A DNA stretch of 64,000 nt from Tubulanus polymorphus (GCF_964204645.1 NC_134027.1:17446560-17510559); one strand, 5' to 3'. Shown: positions 25,716-39,731, counted from the stretch's first letter. Notes: a model not told the origin generated them from the sequence alone. Made by a program: numbers and translations.

Positions 25716-28576
25716 TTATACCAGACTTTTTGTTTTCATAGAATGAAGTAATACCATGTCATCAATGACACTGGCATCAAATTGTCCAGTTGGAGGTTGA
25801 GGCTTAGGCATATCCTTCGTAATTGCTAGCACAAATTTACTTTTAGCTGTTGAAACTAAAGTCCCATCGGCATTAGCGATTGATAGCGGTACATTGCTAA
25901 GCTCATAGGTTAAGATGTGTTTCAGGTCGATATCCCGTCCGGACGCAACTACAAGCAATCTACTGAATATCTCGTGATTTGATACCTGGATATGTTTACA
26001 TTTTCCCTGACTTTTCAGCGGTTTCCCCATATCAACGAAAGTTTTCAATCCGGACTTTTTTAATGTGTCTTTAATAAGCTTCTTTGGTGGCGATTCGACC
26101 AGGCGCTTAGAAAGGAATTGCATCAACTGATGTTGTCCGTTTTGTCGAGCATTTATCAAACTTTCGGAGATATATTCCAGTGCGACAGCTCCTATAAAAT
26201 CAGATAAAATACTTAGGTACACTAAAACCATAAGGAATTTTGCATTTAAAAAGTCAGCTGAAAAGAACATTTCAGGTGCAAGTATTCCACTGACCTGTAA
26301 CTATATTCAGTAAGTCATCTTCTGTATAGCTGAACGGATTTACAGCTAAACCACTTATAGTTACAACTAGGACTTGGACATCATTTTGGTCCTTTGTGAT
26401 CATGTACTTCGAACAGTCTTTGTGAGGTACAGTGAATTGCACTGAACTGAACATATCCCTTAAGTGAGATTTCATTTTCCCCCGCACATGTGCAGTCTTC
26501 ATCCATCTGTTGAATATAATTTCGAAAATTTCATTTAGAGTATTTTTCTGATTGAATTGTTCCGGAGAGGTCGCCAACAATATTGGTTTCATTGAATTAT
26601 ATAGACGTCAATCAACTTACTTGTCAACAGCTTTTTGGTCACCTGAGAATGACGTTATGCCACCCGTAACTTTGGAATCGCGATTCAAGGATTGCTCCAA
26701 TAGTAGGTCAGTCGATACGCTACTGAACTTTTTCCCTGACCTACTAAATGAATGCTGCCCAGAGACGAATGCTGCGAACACATCAGGAACTGTTATTGGT
26801 AACGTCTTCATAACATTCAGATAGACTGTCAACCACCTGTAAGACAAAGCTGTCACTGAAAGAATCTTTTTAGGGATCCCATTGTTCAATTGATATTGTT
26901 AACAATTATCAAGTTAAACCAAGATATATCATCCTTACCGAGCATAATGGTGACGATCAGACACAAACTGATAAGGCAGCATCCTGGTTGCAGCTTCCAG
27001 GTGTAACATCCAATTTCCATCCCTTTCCGCTCGAATGAAGTCCAGTAATATCGAAACCATCTCTAAATACTGGTTCCAAAAGGAAAAGGTCGGAAAAGAT
27101 TTGGACCTGGCATCACAGAATTTGTGGAGATTTGCTTTTAATTTCATGATATCAGGATCGTGAACTGCTTTTTCAACTGCAAATTTCAATTCATCCAATT
27201 CTACAGAATCAAACAACTCTTGGTATTTAGAGAAGGCTGTCAAATCCCCGTCACCTGCTGTTTCTTGATATTCGCACAATAGCATACAGTTGTGACCCTC
27301 GTACAGTAATTTGTGCCCACGGACTGCTCTGTTGTAGTGAGCACACTGTCCAATTCCTGGTGCTGTTACTGGGCCATAAATTCCTGACTCAATCAGAATA
27401 TCCTCCAATCCGCTTTCGTTGTCCGCAGATGCTTGTACTAAAGTTGTTTCTCTAATAGTTGGAGGTATAGGCCTATATGCTTCAGCTTTAGAAATGGATT
27501 TAGAATGTATGGTATCCGTACGACAAACATCACTATAACTAACAGTATGCCCTAATCTGTCGAGCAATGTTATGAGCTCTTTAGAACCACTCAGCGATTT
27601 AACAGTATACGCCAAAGACACATGTTTCGATGTTTTGATACGGGATTGTGAAGCAATATAAACAATATCCTGTCCAACAGACGAAATGTAACAATCCTTT
27701 TTTTCTCTGTCACAAGCATCACACCCGATAGTCGAGTGGTAAACAAAAAATCCAGGAACAAACGTAGGTATTCTAGAATTCGTTTCATCGTCAAAATTCT
27801 CTTTCTTTGTTAATTCTTTCGTTTTCTTTCTTGTAAGGCTGTTTATAGCATTTTTCAGAATTAAAGCAGCTTCATGCAGAACTGCCTTTTTCATTTTCTC
27901 CACTTGGAAGGGTAGCAGCTTCAGCACTTCTGAATTTCTGATTTACTTGTTCGTTTACTTTGGTGAAATGTTTGCAGATGTCTTCTTTTGTGAGCTCTGA
28001 GCTCAGCAATATCTGGGGTTGGTTTTTAAGGTACTGATTCAGAAATTGCACACTGTCACCATAAACAGATATCAATCTTTTTTTCAAGTTCTGGGCAGTG
28101 TAGGTATTAGCATCGCCTGCAGCTACATGACAGTCACCAAGCAAACATTTATATCTTTCCAGCAATTTGTTCATTTCAAGTATATAACCGTTTTGTAAAG
28201 ATGCATCGATTTCACCTTTTAACCTGTTGAATTCGATATCTCTTGGATTTTCCGGAATTTCTGTAACACAACTAAATTTTTGACTCACGTATTTACATCG
28301 ACAGTCTGCGTGATAAAGGGCTTTTTTGGCAATTAAATCATGACATTCAATTAGTGAAATCAGTGCGTAGTCATTCGTTCGTTTTGCGGCCTCAGATATC
28401 GAATTCAGTCCTGATTCTGTTTCGATTATGCACATTTTCTTTATCCTCTTGCGGCTCTGACGTCCACAAAAAATTCAGGTTTCCCAATCAAATTTCTTTC
28501 TTTTTGCAGTACCAAGGTCATTTTCGCTGCCAAAAAGTAGCCTCTTCCCTAATGCTGGTTCATCCGCTCCGGCCAT
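25716..28576 (-). mobile_element. Academ-type DNA transposon remnant 1 (fragmented large ORF, 3' truncated)
   Basis: DLIAKKALYHADC, LITLLDRLGH.VSY, HYNRAVRGHKLLYE, FIRAERDGNW.LHL...MLPY....HHYAR, D..LEQSLNRD.K..GGI, YELSNVPLS. Same architecture as 48972-53952. Confidence 0.75.
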
Positions 28577-29531
28577 TTTAGCTAAGAAACAATAAACAGT
28601 TTTAATTTTTTCCTATTGGCCTTATGATCAATGTAGCTACAAAAAAAACCTATTATGAATAACTGAAAAGAAGCAAAATTCTGAAAGGAATGCAATTTAT
28701 AATTGAAATAGGATAAATAGCCTTAATGTGGATAGACCTATTCACAAGGTCACAAGTCCGATATCTGTATTGAAACATTTTCAATTTCATGTGTTTAAAA
28801 AACCAGATCCTCAGAAAATGACCCATAACTTCAGTCGCAGTAAATATATGAAGCCAAATTTTATCAAGATTGCAGTGGGGGTGTTTTGAAGCGATCACAA
28901 AAAAAATTTAATTGATGCATGATGTCATGTTTCTACTTGCACAAATCTGACCACAAGTGATTGACTGATGATTGACAAGTGATTGACAGATACAGTAGGA
29001 TACATAATTGATAAGTTCATAGGCCTAACGCAAAATGAGCCATGAATTAATCAGGCCTGTGTCCTGTGCAAGTAAAAATTTTACGGTGTTCAGTCCCACT
29101 CTGTTTCTCCCTACATATTTGTCACACACCAATCATTTTCTGTGGGGAGCTATACCCAACACCTCCTCTGCAATCTCATGAAAAATTAGGTTTCTACACC
29201 GACTTCAATCGGATTGATGGAACATTCTCTCCAGTTATATGAAAGACTCTGTGTATAGAATCTTACATATGTTAAAATCAATTTCATACTTACATCATCT
29301 AGCTAATCTGTCCTTCTTTTTAAGTCAAGACTCATTCACTCCTTTAACTTCATTACAGCAATAGAGATTTCCAGTTTTTTTCAATCTGATGTGTCTAAGC
29401 AACAAGCCACTACTATAATAACAACTATTTAACCAATTAGAATTCTTCTATATATCATAAATTTTGAGATAATGTTACTTGAAAATCCATTGATATCCAT
29501 AATACGAGATACCTATATGATACAAATTATG

Positions 29532-29761
29532 CAGTTTCCCCAAAGTTCAACGCATTTCTATAGACGCTATTTCTCAGCTGTCCCTTAAATGGATGTTGCA
29601 GTGCGCACCTGCTGGTTTAGCCGACGCTGAACAGTAAGCGATGTACACAACGAAATGTGGTCAAAAATCATGTAACAAAATCACAAATTGCATGTAAACA
29701 TTTTTGAACAGAATGGTTGAAGATGAGTGTATAGGTCAAAAGAATAAATCATATTTTGAAA
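29532..29761 (+). repeat. Copy of the right subterminal region of the Kolobok-type element
   Basis: Aligns by eye to 22681-22915 (caacgcatttctatagacgctatttctc...gccgacgctgaacagtaagcgatgta...gttgaagatgagtgtatag). Confidence 0.8.
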
Positions 29762-29820
29762 TTTCAGCGATGTAAAGTGAGAAACTGGAATGATCGGTTG
29801 GGTATCAAATGTAAAAGTAA

Positions 29821-30455
29821 AGGCTCGTTTATGTCGACAAGCAACGCGAGCAACCTCTCAGTTGCTTCCCTGCTTATGTCAGTTATGATTACTGGCAACT
29901 GCAACAGCTCAGACGGTCACGTGATAAGCATTTTGAGAATGAATTTGAATTATTGGGAAATATATTTCCATTAGAAAAACTATTTCTGATTCTATTTTGA
30001 ATACAATGTGCTAGGGACATCATATGAAGACCAATTTCGTTTCTAGATCTTCGGTCCAGTCATCTACCATGCTGAAGGTTTAGTTTGCGTTTTGAACTCC
30101 TTGAATTTGAAGGTTTATGACTAATTACGAATGACGCTAACTAGCGGTCATAAGTTGTACTGTGTATAATCGGTTTCTAATTGGCTGGAACCCCTGCGCT
30201 CATTTCTGTCGCGTCGCAGATGAGCTTATGTTGGTTGCGATCGAAAGCAACTGTCCGCCTACCATAGGCCGGAGTAGAACATGGACAACTAGCCGGATAC
30301 GGCTTGCGATGAGTCGGTAGGTGTCAGGTTGCCGTCGCAAGCCGGCTTATGTCGAACCGATAGAGCTGCAACTGGCGGCCTGTCGTAGTCGCTAATCGAC
30401 AATAAATCCAGTTGCGTCAGTAGGCGTCGCGTTGCTTGTCAACATAAGCCAGCCT
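29821..30455. mobile_element. PIF/Harbinger MITE
   Basis: 29-bp TIRs aggctcgtttatgtcgacaagcaacgcga / tcgcgttgcttgtcaacataagccagcct, with TAA on both sides. Confidence 0.8.
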
Positions 30456-31399
30456 TAAAGGAATAGTTAGCCAGAAAGTTCTAGAGGGTTATTAGCCCTT
30501 AAAAAGAATTTTGGGACTTAATTTGTTTCCTGTCTCGGTCGCAATATTTAACTATGTTTGCCCTTCTACAAGGAAAGAATAACATGCTGGTAAAATTCGG
30601 TGACGTCTAACTAAAAGGTCACTCCGGCCCCATACGGATCAAAATTACTGTTTTGAAACATTTGGTCCATAATGCGAAAATAATTTCTCCGATAATGGTG
30701 ATGTCACCTGGTTATATCAACATCATAACCAAAGCTTCAAGGCCCATGGGCCTCTTGTTATGTCCTTGTTAGCGATCATTTTTGGAGTCCTATTATCTGT
30801 ATTAAGTTAGCAACAAAGTGATGATATTACAGTGCGCTTCGCACGTTGATAGCATTGTCGCCAATGTCACTTTATATACGCCGCGTTTACTATTAATTTA
30901 TCAATTAGTAATAGATAACGCTTCCCACAGAGCAGATAAGTGTTATTACCATGTACACAGACATGCATCAACGTATACCTTCACTTGAATTGTTGAAAAG
31001 ATCATGCCAAGACATGTAATCACATTTGAAATCGTTTCTTGTAAGCTCAGACCTAAATTGCATTACCATTAAAAGATATCCCACATGAAACTATATGTTG
31101 ACCGCGCTTAATTCGCATCTCATGGGACCGTGAGTTTTTCTATGAATTAGACATTATACGGATTATACAAAACTCGTATTTTCTATGAATTATGTATTTT
31201 TCGTAGAATTGAAGATTTACCTATTAGTTTTTATAAACTATGAATGAAAACCTGCTAAAATTGTTTCGATGATCGCTGCATGCCACAGCCATTAATTGTT
31301 TTAGACTAAACTGGCAGGAAACTATGTCGCGTGGCCGTGGTATGCTCGGTGCCAATGACTGACAAGTAATTGATAAGCTCGCCAATTACTGCTTGCAGG

Positions 31400-34300
31400 C
31401 GGATTGATTCATAATGACCAGACAATAGGAATTGCGGACCTTGCCACCACAAATCACTTTCCCGCAAATTCTGAGCAGATATCCCTCAGGACAACAAATC
31501 AGCTGGATTATTTTTGCCCTCACAAAATACCAATCATTCAACTTCGTTAAATTCCTTATTTCAGAGACTATTCGCTACAAAAGGAGATAAATCTTTACTA
31601 GATGTAATCCAGTGTTAAGCTATTGTACTATCACACCAAAAGTGAAAAACTAGTTCCAAGTTATGTAACAAATTCCTCATGAAATCTGATAATCAAGCAG
31701 GTAAAAGTGCGGCCAACAATTCCATTTCTGGTATACTACGAGCCTTTGTAGGTGCTACCCGGTTTTTTGGACATTAGAAATGAAACTTGATTGTCGCACT
31801 TCAATTTCGAATTTATGAAACTATTAGAACATCTCTTGATGGCTCGTCCCATTCTTATTTGGCTAGCCACAACTTCTGAATGAATAGTTTTGCATTAACA
31901 GTGTCTGGCGGAAGCACCCCAATGGATCAAAGATTTTAGCCGAATTTCTGACCACATTTTGTTTAGTTACCAACGTATTATCAAATGGAAGTTCACGGTC
32001 CGCTAACTTAATCTCATCAGAATCAGAATTCCACTCTATACCTAGAATCTTTACAATTATTTTTTCACTACACACATTCTCAATCTTTGCTAAATTACAT
32101 AATTGTATGCTGTTCGAAATCCACTCTCGTAGATTAAATCCAGCTTCGGTTAATAATTCCCGTGAAACCTAATAATAACTGATCAAATCACATATTGAAT
32201 CACAACCAGAAATGATATTATCTACATAGATATTTTGCTGCATGTCATCACTAACCACACCCTGATTCAATTCTAAATGATGTTGTTATGTTGCATTGAA
32301 GATAAATGGAGAACTGTTCGCCCCAAAAAGTACAACGCAAAATCTATAAATATCAAATTCACTATTAGGATTCGTTGGATCTGACAGCCTAAAAAACCTA
32401 ACGAAGTCTCGATCGTCATCATGTAATAGAACATGCATAAACGCCTTTTCGATATCTGAAGAAAAGGCAAAGGTGTGAATCCTGAAAACTTTTGGTGTGA
32501 AAACTTTTTCAATAAATATGTGCTAAATTTGATCTTGAATAATTTTATGATATTTGTTCAACAAATATGGATTTAGTCTACTAATCATTGATCTTGTTCT
32601 AGCTTGACTAATCTGAAAATTATTCGGCAAATCTACATGGTTATCTTTCATGATAAACGTGCTGTAAGTAATGTTGTTGCTACAGTATTCTTTGTAAATA
32701 TCGTAGTCATTATTAACCTATCGATTCTATGTTCCAAAAAACCTCTAAATCTAGACCTTCTTCTTTGTGATACGTTAGAGTACTCATGACTACACTACGT
32801 GAACTAGTACTATCTACCGGACCTGACAAAGGATATCCCAATTTTGGCTGTACAGCAGTAGGTCCTGATCTGTCACCTCTAACCACGTGATCACCTGTAA
32901 ATGACCAATATCGATCTGCACTGATAATCATTGAAATTTTAAAAGAATCAAGAGTCATCATCAGTATTAGCTAATTTTAGACCCTGAAGATACAGGCATT
33001 TTTTAACTGCAAGTGAACTTCTCACTGATATAGGTGACGCTAGATCAGAACGATGTTTCAACCGAAATCCTTTCACCCATTATTGTTTCCAAATAAACTT
33101 TACTGACATCCACTTTTTAGAGCCATGACTCACGCCACCAAATGTACTTATGTCAATCAATTCAGTTAGAATAGGTTTCAAATTTAATTTATCTACTGAT
33201 TTTTGACTTATGAATGACTTTGTAGAACCCTCATCAAAACGGATATTAGCAGTAACTATTCTGTTTAAACTTTGACATTCGTTCAAGACTAGCCACAGCG
33301 GTTTTAAGCAAAACTGTTTTAGTAGCCGAAACATGATACCCACTTACAATTTTAGCATTAGAATTTTGGTCATTCGCTGTCATATTATGTTCAACTTGGT
33401 TTTCAGACGACAGTAACATGTTTCCTGTTGAACATTGTGATGTCAGTAACAAATTAGTATAATCATTTTGCCCATGTATGCTTTGAGCAGAAGTAGTGCT
33501 GTTGTTAAGCTCAGAATTCTTTCGATAAGTACATAAACTGGAATGATGTTTGTTTCTGCAAAATTTACAACAGAATTTTAATTTGCAATTTCTTGCTACA
33601 TGATGACCCAAACAATTGAAGCAAAGCTTTTCATCTTAACTAATTTTCCATCGCTGTTTGACGTTAGTCACTACTTTGCAATCACTTGGACAGTGAAGTT
33701 TGGCGCATTTAACACAAGGACGATCTTTTACGCTATTCACAACGGCGTGAAATGAAATTGCGCTGGAGTCTTTCTTGACCTCAAATGAAGATGATTGCTC
33801 AGCCGAATCTAACATATTATTTTCCAATTATAAAAAAGTACGGAGATTGTCTAAGTTTAATTTCGGTTGTACTGCCATTCAGGGGCGCTGTATTTGTAAG
33901 AACACATTTTGGAAGTTGCTCGATTAGCGGATTCTAATAGATCTGAATAAATACTAGGTGACCTTCCTAAGGCTTCTAAACATCAAATCAATTTTTATGG
34001 AAAAGCGAAGTCCATTTTTGCTATCGCATATGAAACTTTCTTCCTTTGGTACAAAATAACTTCCAAGCGAGGCTTTGTTTCTCTTCAGAACCTTCAAAAC
34101 ATTCAATGCTAATATAAAATCTCTAACCCTATTGAATTTCATCGGAATGCGTTGCTTATTTATTAATTTAGTCATTTATTTGTTGTTGGAACTACATTTC
34201 GTTTCGGGAGAACACATGCCTTTTTACATATATTCGTGCTTCACACTGGTGCTCGTCATGGTCATATAGACTGGCTGCTATGTAGTGTATTGATCTGCGC

Positions 34301-35495
34301 ATGTATATGAAAAGCGAGCCTCGCGTGTGACCTAGTTTCTTGGAAATAGACTGGTTACTGGTCTCATCCCATATTGGGTGGGACAGGCAACCAGTCTATC
34401 TTGGAAATTGCAAATGATTCAACTGCCAGGATTCGTTGCAGGCGGCCGTGAAAAGCAGTGAATTTTATAGAAGGGCAGTGAAATGGGGAAAGGGGGAAGT
34501 AAATCTTGGAAAATTGTACAATTTACGAAAATAAATTGTCTTACAAACTAACTTCGTACACAGTGTATGAAATAAGTGAAATCAGCGTCGCACCATGAAT
34601 GTGGAGAGTGTCTGTTTGAGTCAGTGGGGGAATCCCACTACCTTTTTCATGATGAATCATCATGCAGTTATGTTTTTTTCTTCGTATATTTCGTCCTTGT
34701 TTTCGATTTAATCATCTGTGAAGTCAGTTTTATCGCATCATTTGAAATAAATCAATTTTCACTTATTTTCATTTGTTCTGCTTGATGTCTAGAGTGCCAT
34801 ATCACAATTTTGATGCTGGATTAAACATACAGTATCAAGTAAATTTAGGAAAGTCCATATTAAGAATTTCGTTTCTTGTTCCACATTGTGATGAAAATCA
34901 TGTAACGAATTTTAATCATTAGACGGAGGCCGCAAATTGATCAGTGATCGAAAATGAGCATGAGCAACTTTGTGTTTCTGTGCATACCTAGTGAACAAAA
35001 TATCGAAAGCTATTTTATAATTCGCGTCTGTAAGTGTTCGACCACTTATAGCTTGTTCCGCTTCACCGCCAAGTAATGTTTTTAAGTAATTGAAGTTCTG
35101 AACAGCACTAAGATTTGTGTTATCATGTATTGCGGTCCGATAACTGTCCCAAAACTCATAAAAGTGTAAGATATTGCCTCTGAATTTAGGCAAATCTATT
35201 TTTTTGTATTTAGCTGTTGGTGTTTAAGTTTTTATGACGAAATTCTTGAGCATTTGAATTTATCTGTATTGACATAATTGACTTACCAAGTCTTAATTTC
35301 TCGAGCTCAATACTTTCTATGTAATCATCGCTTTTCGTCAGCTCCTCACCCAAATCGTCTAACGGAAATAGCGCTTGAATTTTCTCGTCTAGTGTTCGGA
35401 CGTCCCTTATCTTTCGGGGGAGGTTTTCGTGCCCCTCTTGAAGTTTTGTTACGTCAGAATCGACCGCAGTGTCTTCCAATTCTCCGTACGTCTTC
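31400..35495 (-). mobile_element. BEL/Pao LTR retrotransposon remnant (gag, protease, RT, RNase H)
   Basis: PKFRGNILHFYEFWDSY..AIH...LS.VQ.FNYL (DUF1759-type gag), CCHC knuckles, FDEGSTKSFI protease, FWNIESIG, IYVDN, KILGIEW, KIFDPLG, NPADL, WWQGPQFL. The 5' end is cut by the Polinton-like element. Confidence 0.9.
33831..34565 (-). mobile_element. 5' fragment of a CAC-terminated (Transib/Chapaev-like) DNA transposon inserted in BEL gag
   Basis: Terminus CACTGTG on the minus strand (CACAGTG at 34559-34565). Degenerate minus-strand ORF from ~34266 with KHE...KKACVL and P....ICDS, resembling an N-terminal H-x7-C-x2-C...P..C..C zinc domain. Confidence 0.4.
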
Positions 35496-35651
35496 AGTAA
35501 TAGGGAAATGGCGTTTTCATACCAGAGGTCGAGAGGTCGAGCTCATAAAAAAATGAAAAAATAAATTCTTGCACACTCAAATTTATTTTTTCATTTTTTT
35601 ATGAGCTCAACCTCTCGACCTCTGATATGAAAACACCATTTCCCTATTACT
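35496..35651. repeat. Terminal palindrome: 72-bp arms, 12-nt loop
   Basis: 35496-35567 is the reverse complement of 35580-35651 with 3 mismatches. The loop is cttgcacactca. Confidence 0.95.
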
Positions 35652-35905
35652 CTTAAAAGATTCATATATATATGAATAACATATAAATGAATAACTTTTA
35701 AAATCAATTTTAATAAAAAATTTAGTATTAAAATGGAAGCAAATAAGTACTACTGTTCAACATGTAATATCAATATAGATAAATCTCAAAAAGCAAGACA
35801 CAATAAAACTAAAACACATTTAGAGAATATATCAATCATTCAGTGATAAAAGATATTATAAAGAACATTTAAAATCTAAAAGTCATCTTCGAAATAAGAA
35901 TAATG
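35596..35905 (+). repeat. Left TIR of the Polinton-like element
   Basis: Near-identical reverse complement of 47004-47399, except for an ~84-bp deletion at ~35830 and small indels. Confidence 0.92.
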
Positions 35906-38900
35906 ATATTTTAGGTGAGGATTATTTTGATAAAGATAATGATAAGAAACAGAAGACAATTAAAAGAATGAAAAATAAATTAAACAATAAAAGACCATAC
36001 ATGGAAGATGTAAGAAATTATATTAATTCATTAGATAATAAAAAGGAAATAGAGATAACCGAAGCATTTAAAAGTGATATTGGTCCAGCAGCTATCGAGT
36101 TTAAATTTCATAAAGGAAAAACAGAAGAAAATAAAAAACATTTAGAAAATATGAAAAATATTATAAAAATAATCACAGGTGTTGAATACCCTAAAATTAG
36201 TATATCTTCTAAAAGTAAAGTTTATAAAATCTGAAGATAAACCAATATACAATATAAATTCCCACTCACAACATATTATTTCAAAACAACATAAACATGA
36301 TAAATTAGATAAATGTTATAATGAAGTAAAAACTAAAATAGAAGAGAAATATTTTGAAGGATCTGGTTTAATTTTCCATGAAATAATATTTATGACTTTA
36401 TATGTTTATAACACAAAATATAATAAGTTAACTAAATCAAAACCAATTGATGAAAATAATTTAGCGTATTATAAAGATGATAATACAAATGCATCAAGTT
36501 ATATTAAACTACCATTTAAAACTAATGCTGTTATAAATGTGCAAAATTCTGATGATAAATGTTTTCTATGGTCAATTATTAGTTGCTTACATCCAACAGC
36601 AGATATTACACATAGTTTTAGATTAACAAATTATAAACCATTTGAAAATAATTATAAGATAGATAATTACCCAGTTAGAATTAAAAATGTTCCAAAAATA
36701 GAAAGAGATAATAATATAAAGATAAATGTGTTTGATTTACTCAAATTACCAAAAACAAAAGGTAACAATATAAAACATTATACATTACAACCTTTATACC
36801 TATCAAAAGATTATGATTCAAATGATGTTATAGATATACTATATTATGAAAATCATTATATGTGGATTAAACAAATTGATTTATTTTTTTAAATCAGAAA
36901 ATGATTACCATAAAATATATCTATGTAGAAAATGTTTACATAAATTCAGAACTGAAAGTGCATTATGAAATCATAAACAATTAAATCATAAACAATTATG
37001 TGATAATGATTATTGTAAGATAGTTTTACCAAATGAAAAGGATAAAGTGTTAGAATTCAAAAAATATGATTACAAGAATAAAGTACCATTTGTGATATAT
37101 TGAGATTTTGAATCATTAAATAAAGAATTAACTGATCAAGATAGAGAAGAAATATATTATAATAGAAAGAAATGAAATTCTAATGAAAATGATATAATTG
37201 ATTATTCAGATCCCCTAATAACAAATACTATTAAAAAGATTCATCAATCAGCTGCAGTTTTTGGGTTATGTATTAAATCTGATTATCCAGAACTAATTAA
37301 AAGTGAATATTATCATTATAGAAATGAAAATGTTATCAATCATTTTTGTGACTTATTAATCGAGTATGAAATCAAATTTAGTAAACTATTAGATACAAAC
37401 ATAAAAATTATAATGACAGAAGAAGATAAAGAAGCAGATAAATTTTATTATTGTGAAAAACTATTTAATTTTAGAGATAAAAAAGTAAGAGACCATGATC
37501 ATTTAAATGGAAAGTTTAGAGGCGCAGCGCATGAGAATTGTAACTTACAAGCAAAGAAAATTAACTTTGTTCCAGTAATATTTCATAATTTATCAGGATA
37601 TGACGCACATTTATTAATCAAACAGCTACGTCATAAAATAGAAGAAATCAATAATGAAATAGAAAGAGTAAATTCATATAAATCAAAAGATAAAATACCA
37701 ACATATAAATTTAAAATGTTAGCTAAAACATCTGAGAATTATATATCATTCCAATTTGGGTGCCTAAGATTTATAAATTCATATAGATTTTTAGGTAGTT
37801 CATTAGATAACTTATCAAAATCATTAGTTGATAATGAATTAAGAATATTAAAACAACACTATCCAAATAATAATGATTTGCAATTAATGAGATATAAAGG
37901 CGCAATTCCATATTCATTTTATAAATCACATAATGATTTAAATATAACTGAATTATTAAAAGAAAAATTCTATGATGAATTAAAAAATGAATATGTTAAA
38001 GATGAAGTATATAATAGAACATTGAATATTTGGAATCATTTTAGAATGAAAAATCATGGACAATTAGTAGATTTATATTTAAAATCAGATGTATTATTAT
38101 TATCAGATATATTTGAAAGGTTTAGAGATGTAAATCTAAAATATTTTAATATTGATCCATGCCATTGTTATTCATCACCAGGATTAACTTGGGATTGTGG
38201 TTTAAAATTTACAGATATAAAAATGGATTTGTTAACAAATATAGATCAATTATTATTATTTGAAAAATCTATAAGAGGAGTTTCAGGTGTATTAGGTGAT
38301 AGATATTTCAATGTATATGATAACCCTGGATATAAGTTATTATATATAGATGCAAATAATCTATATTATATAGATGCAAATAATCTATATGGTTGGGCAA
38401 TGATGGAACCACAACCTTATGGAGTATTTGAAATAAGTGAAGTTTTACAACATGAAAATAATGATAAATTTGATTGGAAGAAAAGAATTCTAGATATTGC
38501 AGATGATTCAGAGACTGGTTACTTCTTTGTTGTAGACTTGGAATATCCTGAACATATTAGATTTAAATCTAGAAATCAAGCATACTGTCCAGAACATAAA
38601 ACTGTAACACATAATGAATGATCAAATTATCAAAAAAGAATTAAACCCAAAAATCATATTCATACAGAAAAGTTAATGGTAACTCAAAAGATAAATATGA
38701 TTATGTAGTACATTAAAGAATGTTAAAGTTTTATCTAAAACAAGGAATGATCCTAAAAAAAGTACATAGATATATTTCATTTAGTCAATCTAAATGGTTA
38801 GAAAAATATATAGATTTTAACACCAAACAGAGAACTAAAGCTAAAACTGATTTCGAAAAAGATTTCTTCAAACTAATGAATGATGCATTCTATGGTAAGA

Positions 38901-39702
38901 CTTGTGAAAATATTAGAAATAGAAATGATATTGAGTTAGTTAGTAATGGTAAAAGAATTAGACATTTACAAACATATCCTAAATTTATGGGCAACAGAAT
39001 ATTTGATGAAAATTTAGCTGCAGTTAAAATGAGAAGAACATCAATGAAATTTAATAAACCAATTTATGTCGGTGCTTCAGTTTTAGATTTAAGTTATTAA
39101 TGTATGAATTCTATTATAACGTATTACAACCTCATTTTGGAGAAAAACATATAGAAATCTTATATTTTGATACAGATTCTTACATATTAAAGATAAAAAC
39201 TAAAAACATAACTGATGATTTAAAAACATTAAAACATCATTTTGATTTCAGTAATTATCCTAAAGATCATGAATTGTTTAGCAATGATAATAAAAAAGTT
39301 CCCGGGAAGTTTAAGGATGAATTAGGTGGTGAAGAAATGATAGAATTTATAGGTATTAGATCTTAAATGTATTCATATAAAACTAAAGAACATGAAGCTA
39401 AAAAGTTAAAAGGAATTACCAAAAGTGTAGTAGAAAAGAATATTCATTTCAAAGATTACATCAATTGTATATTCAATGAAGAAGTTAGAAAACACAAGAT
39501 GAGATGTTTAAGATCTGAAGATCATGAAATGTTTATTGAAGAGATAGAAAAGATAAGTCTAAACCCATTTGATGATAAAAGATATATTTTAGATGATGGA
39601 ATTCATACAGTTGCTTATGGTTGTAATTTAGATGAATATTTAAAATTTAAAAGAGAAGAAACAAAAGAGAAGGAAATAATGAAAAGAGTTCTAGCGTGTT
39701 AA
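35733..39702 (+). pseudogene. polB: Protein-primed family B DNA polymerase (pPolB) with N-terminal C2H2 fingers and an inserted endonuclease VII-like domain
   Basis: SSYIKLP...INVQN.D.KCFLWS, Exo I VIY*DFES, VRDHDHLNGKFRGAAHENCNL, Exo II FHNLSGYDAH, YLKSDVLLL.DIFE, YIDANNLYG, KLMNDAFYGKT, YFDTDS, KLKGI. Several stops and frameshifts. Confidence 0.93.
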
Positions 39703-39731
39703 TCAAATTTTAATAAAAATATGAATTATAG

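Noticed and set aside
34559-34565. Bona fide RAG recombination signal sequence
   Set aside because: Heptamer only, with no nonamer at 12/23-bp spacing and no RAG1/RAG2 coding sequence.
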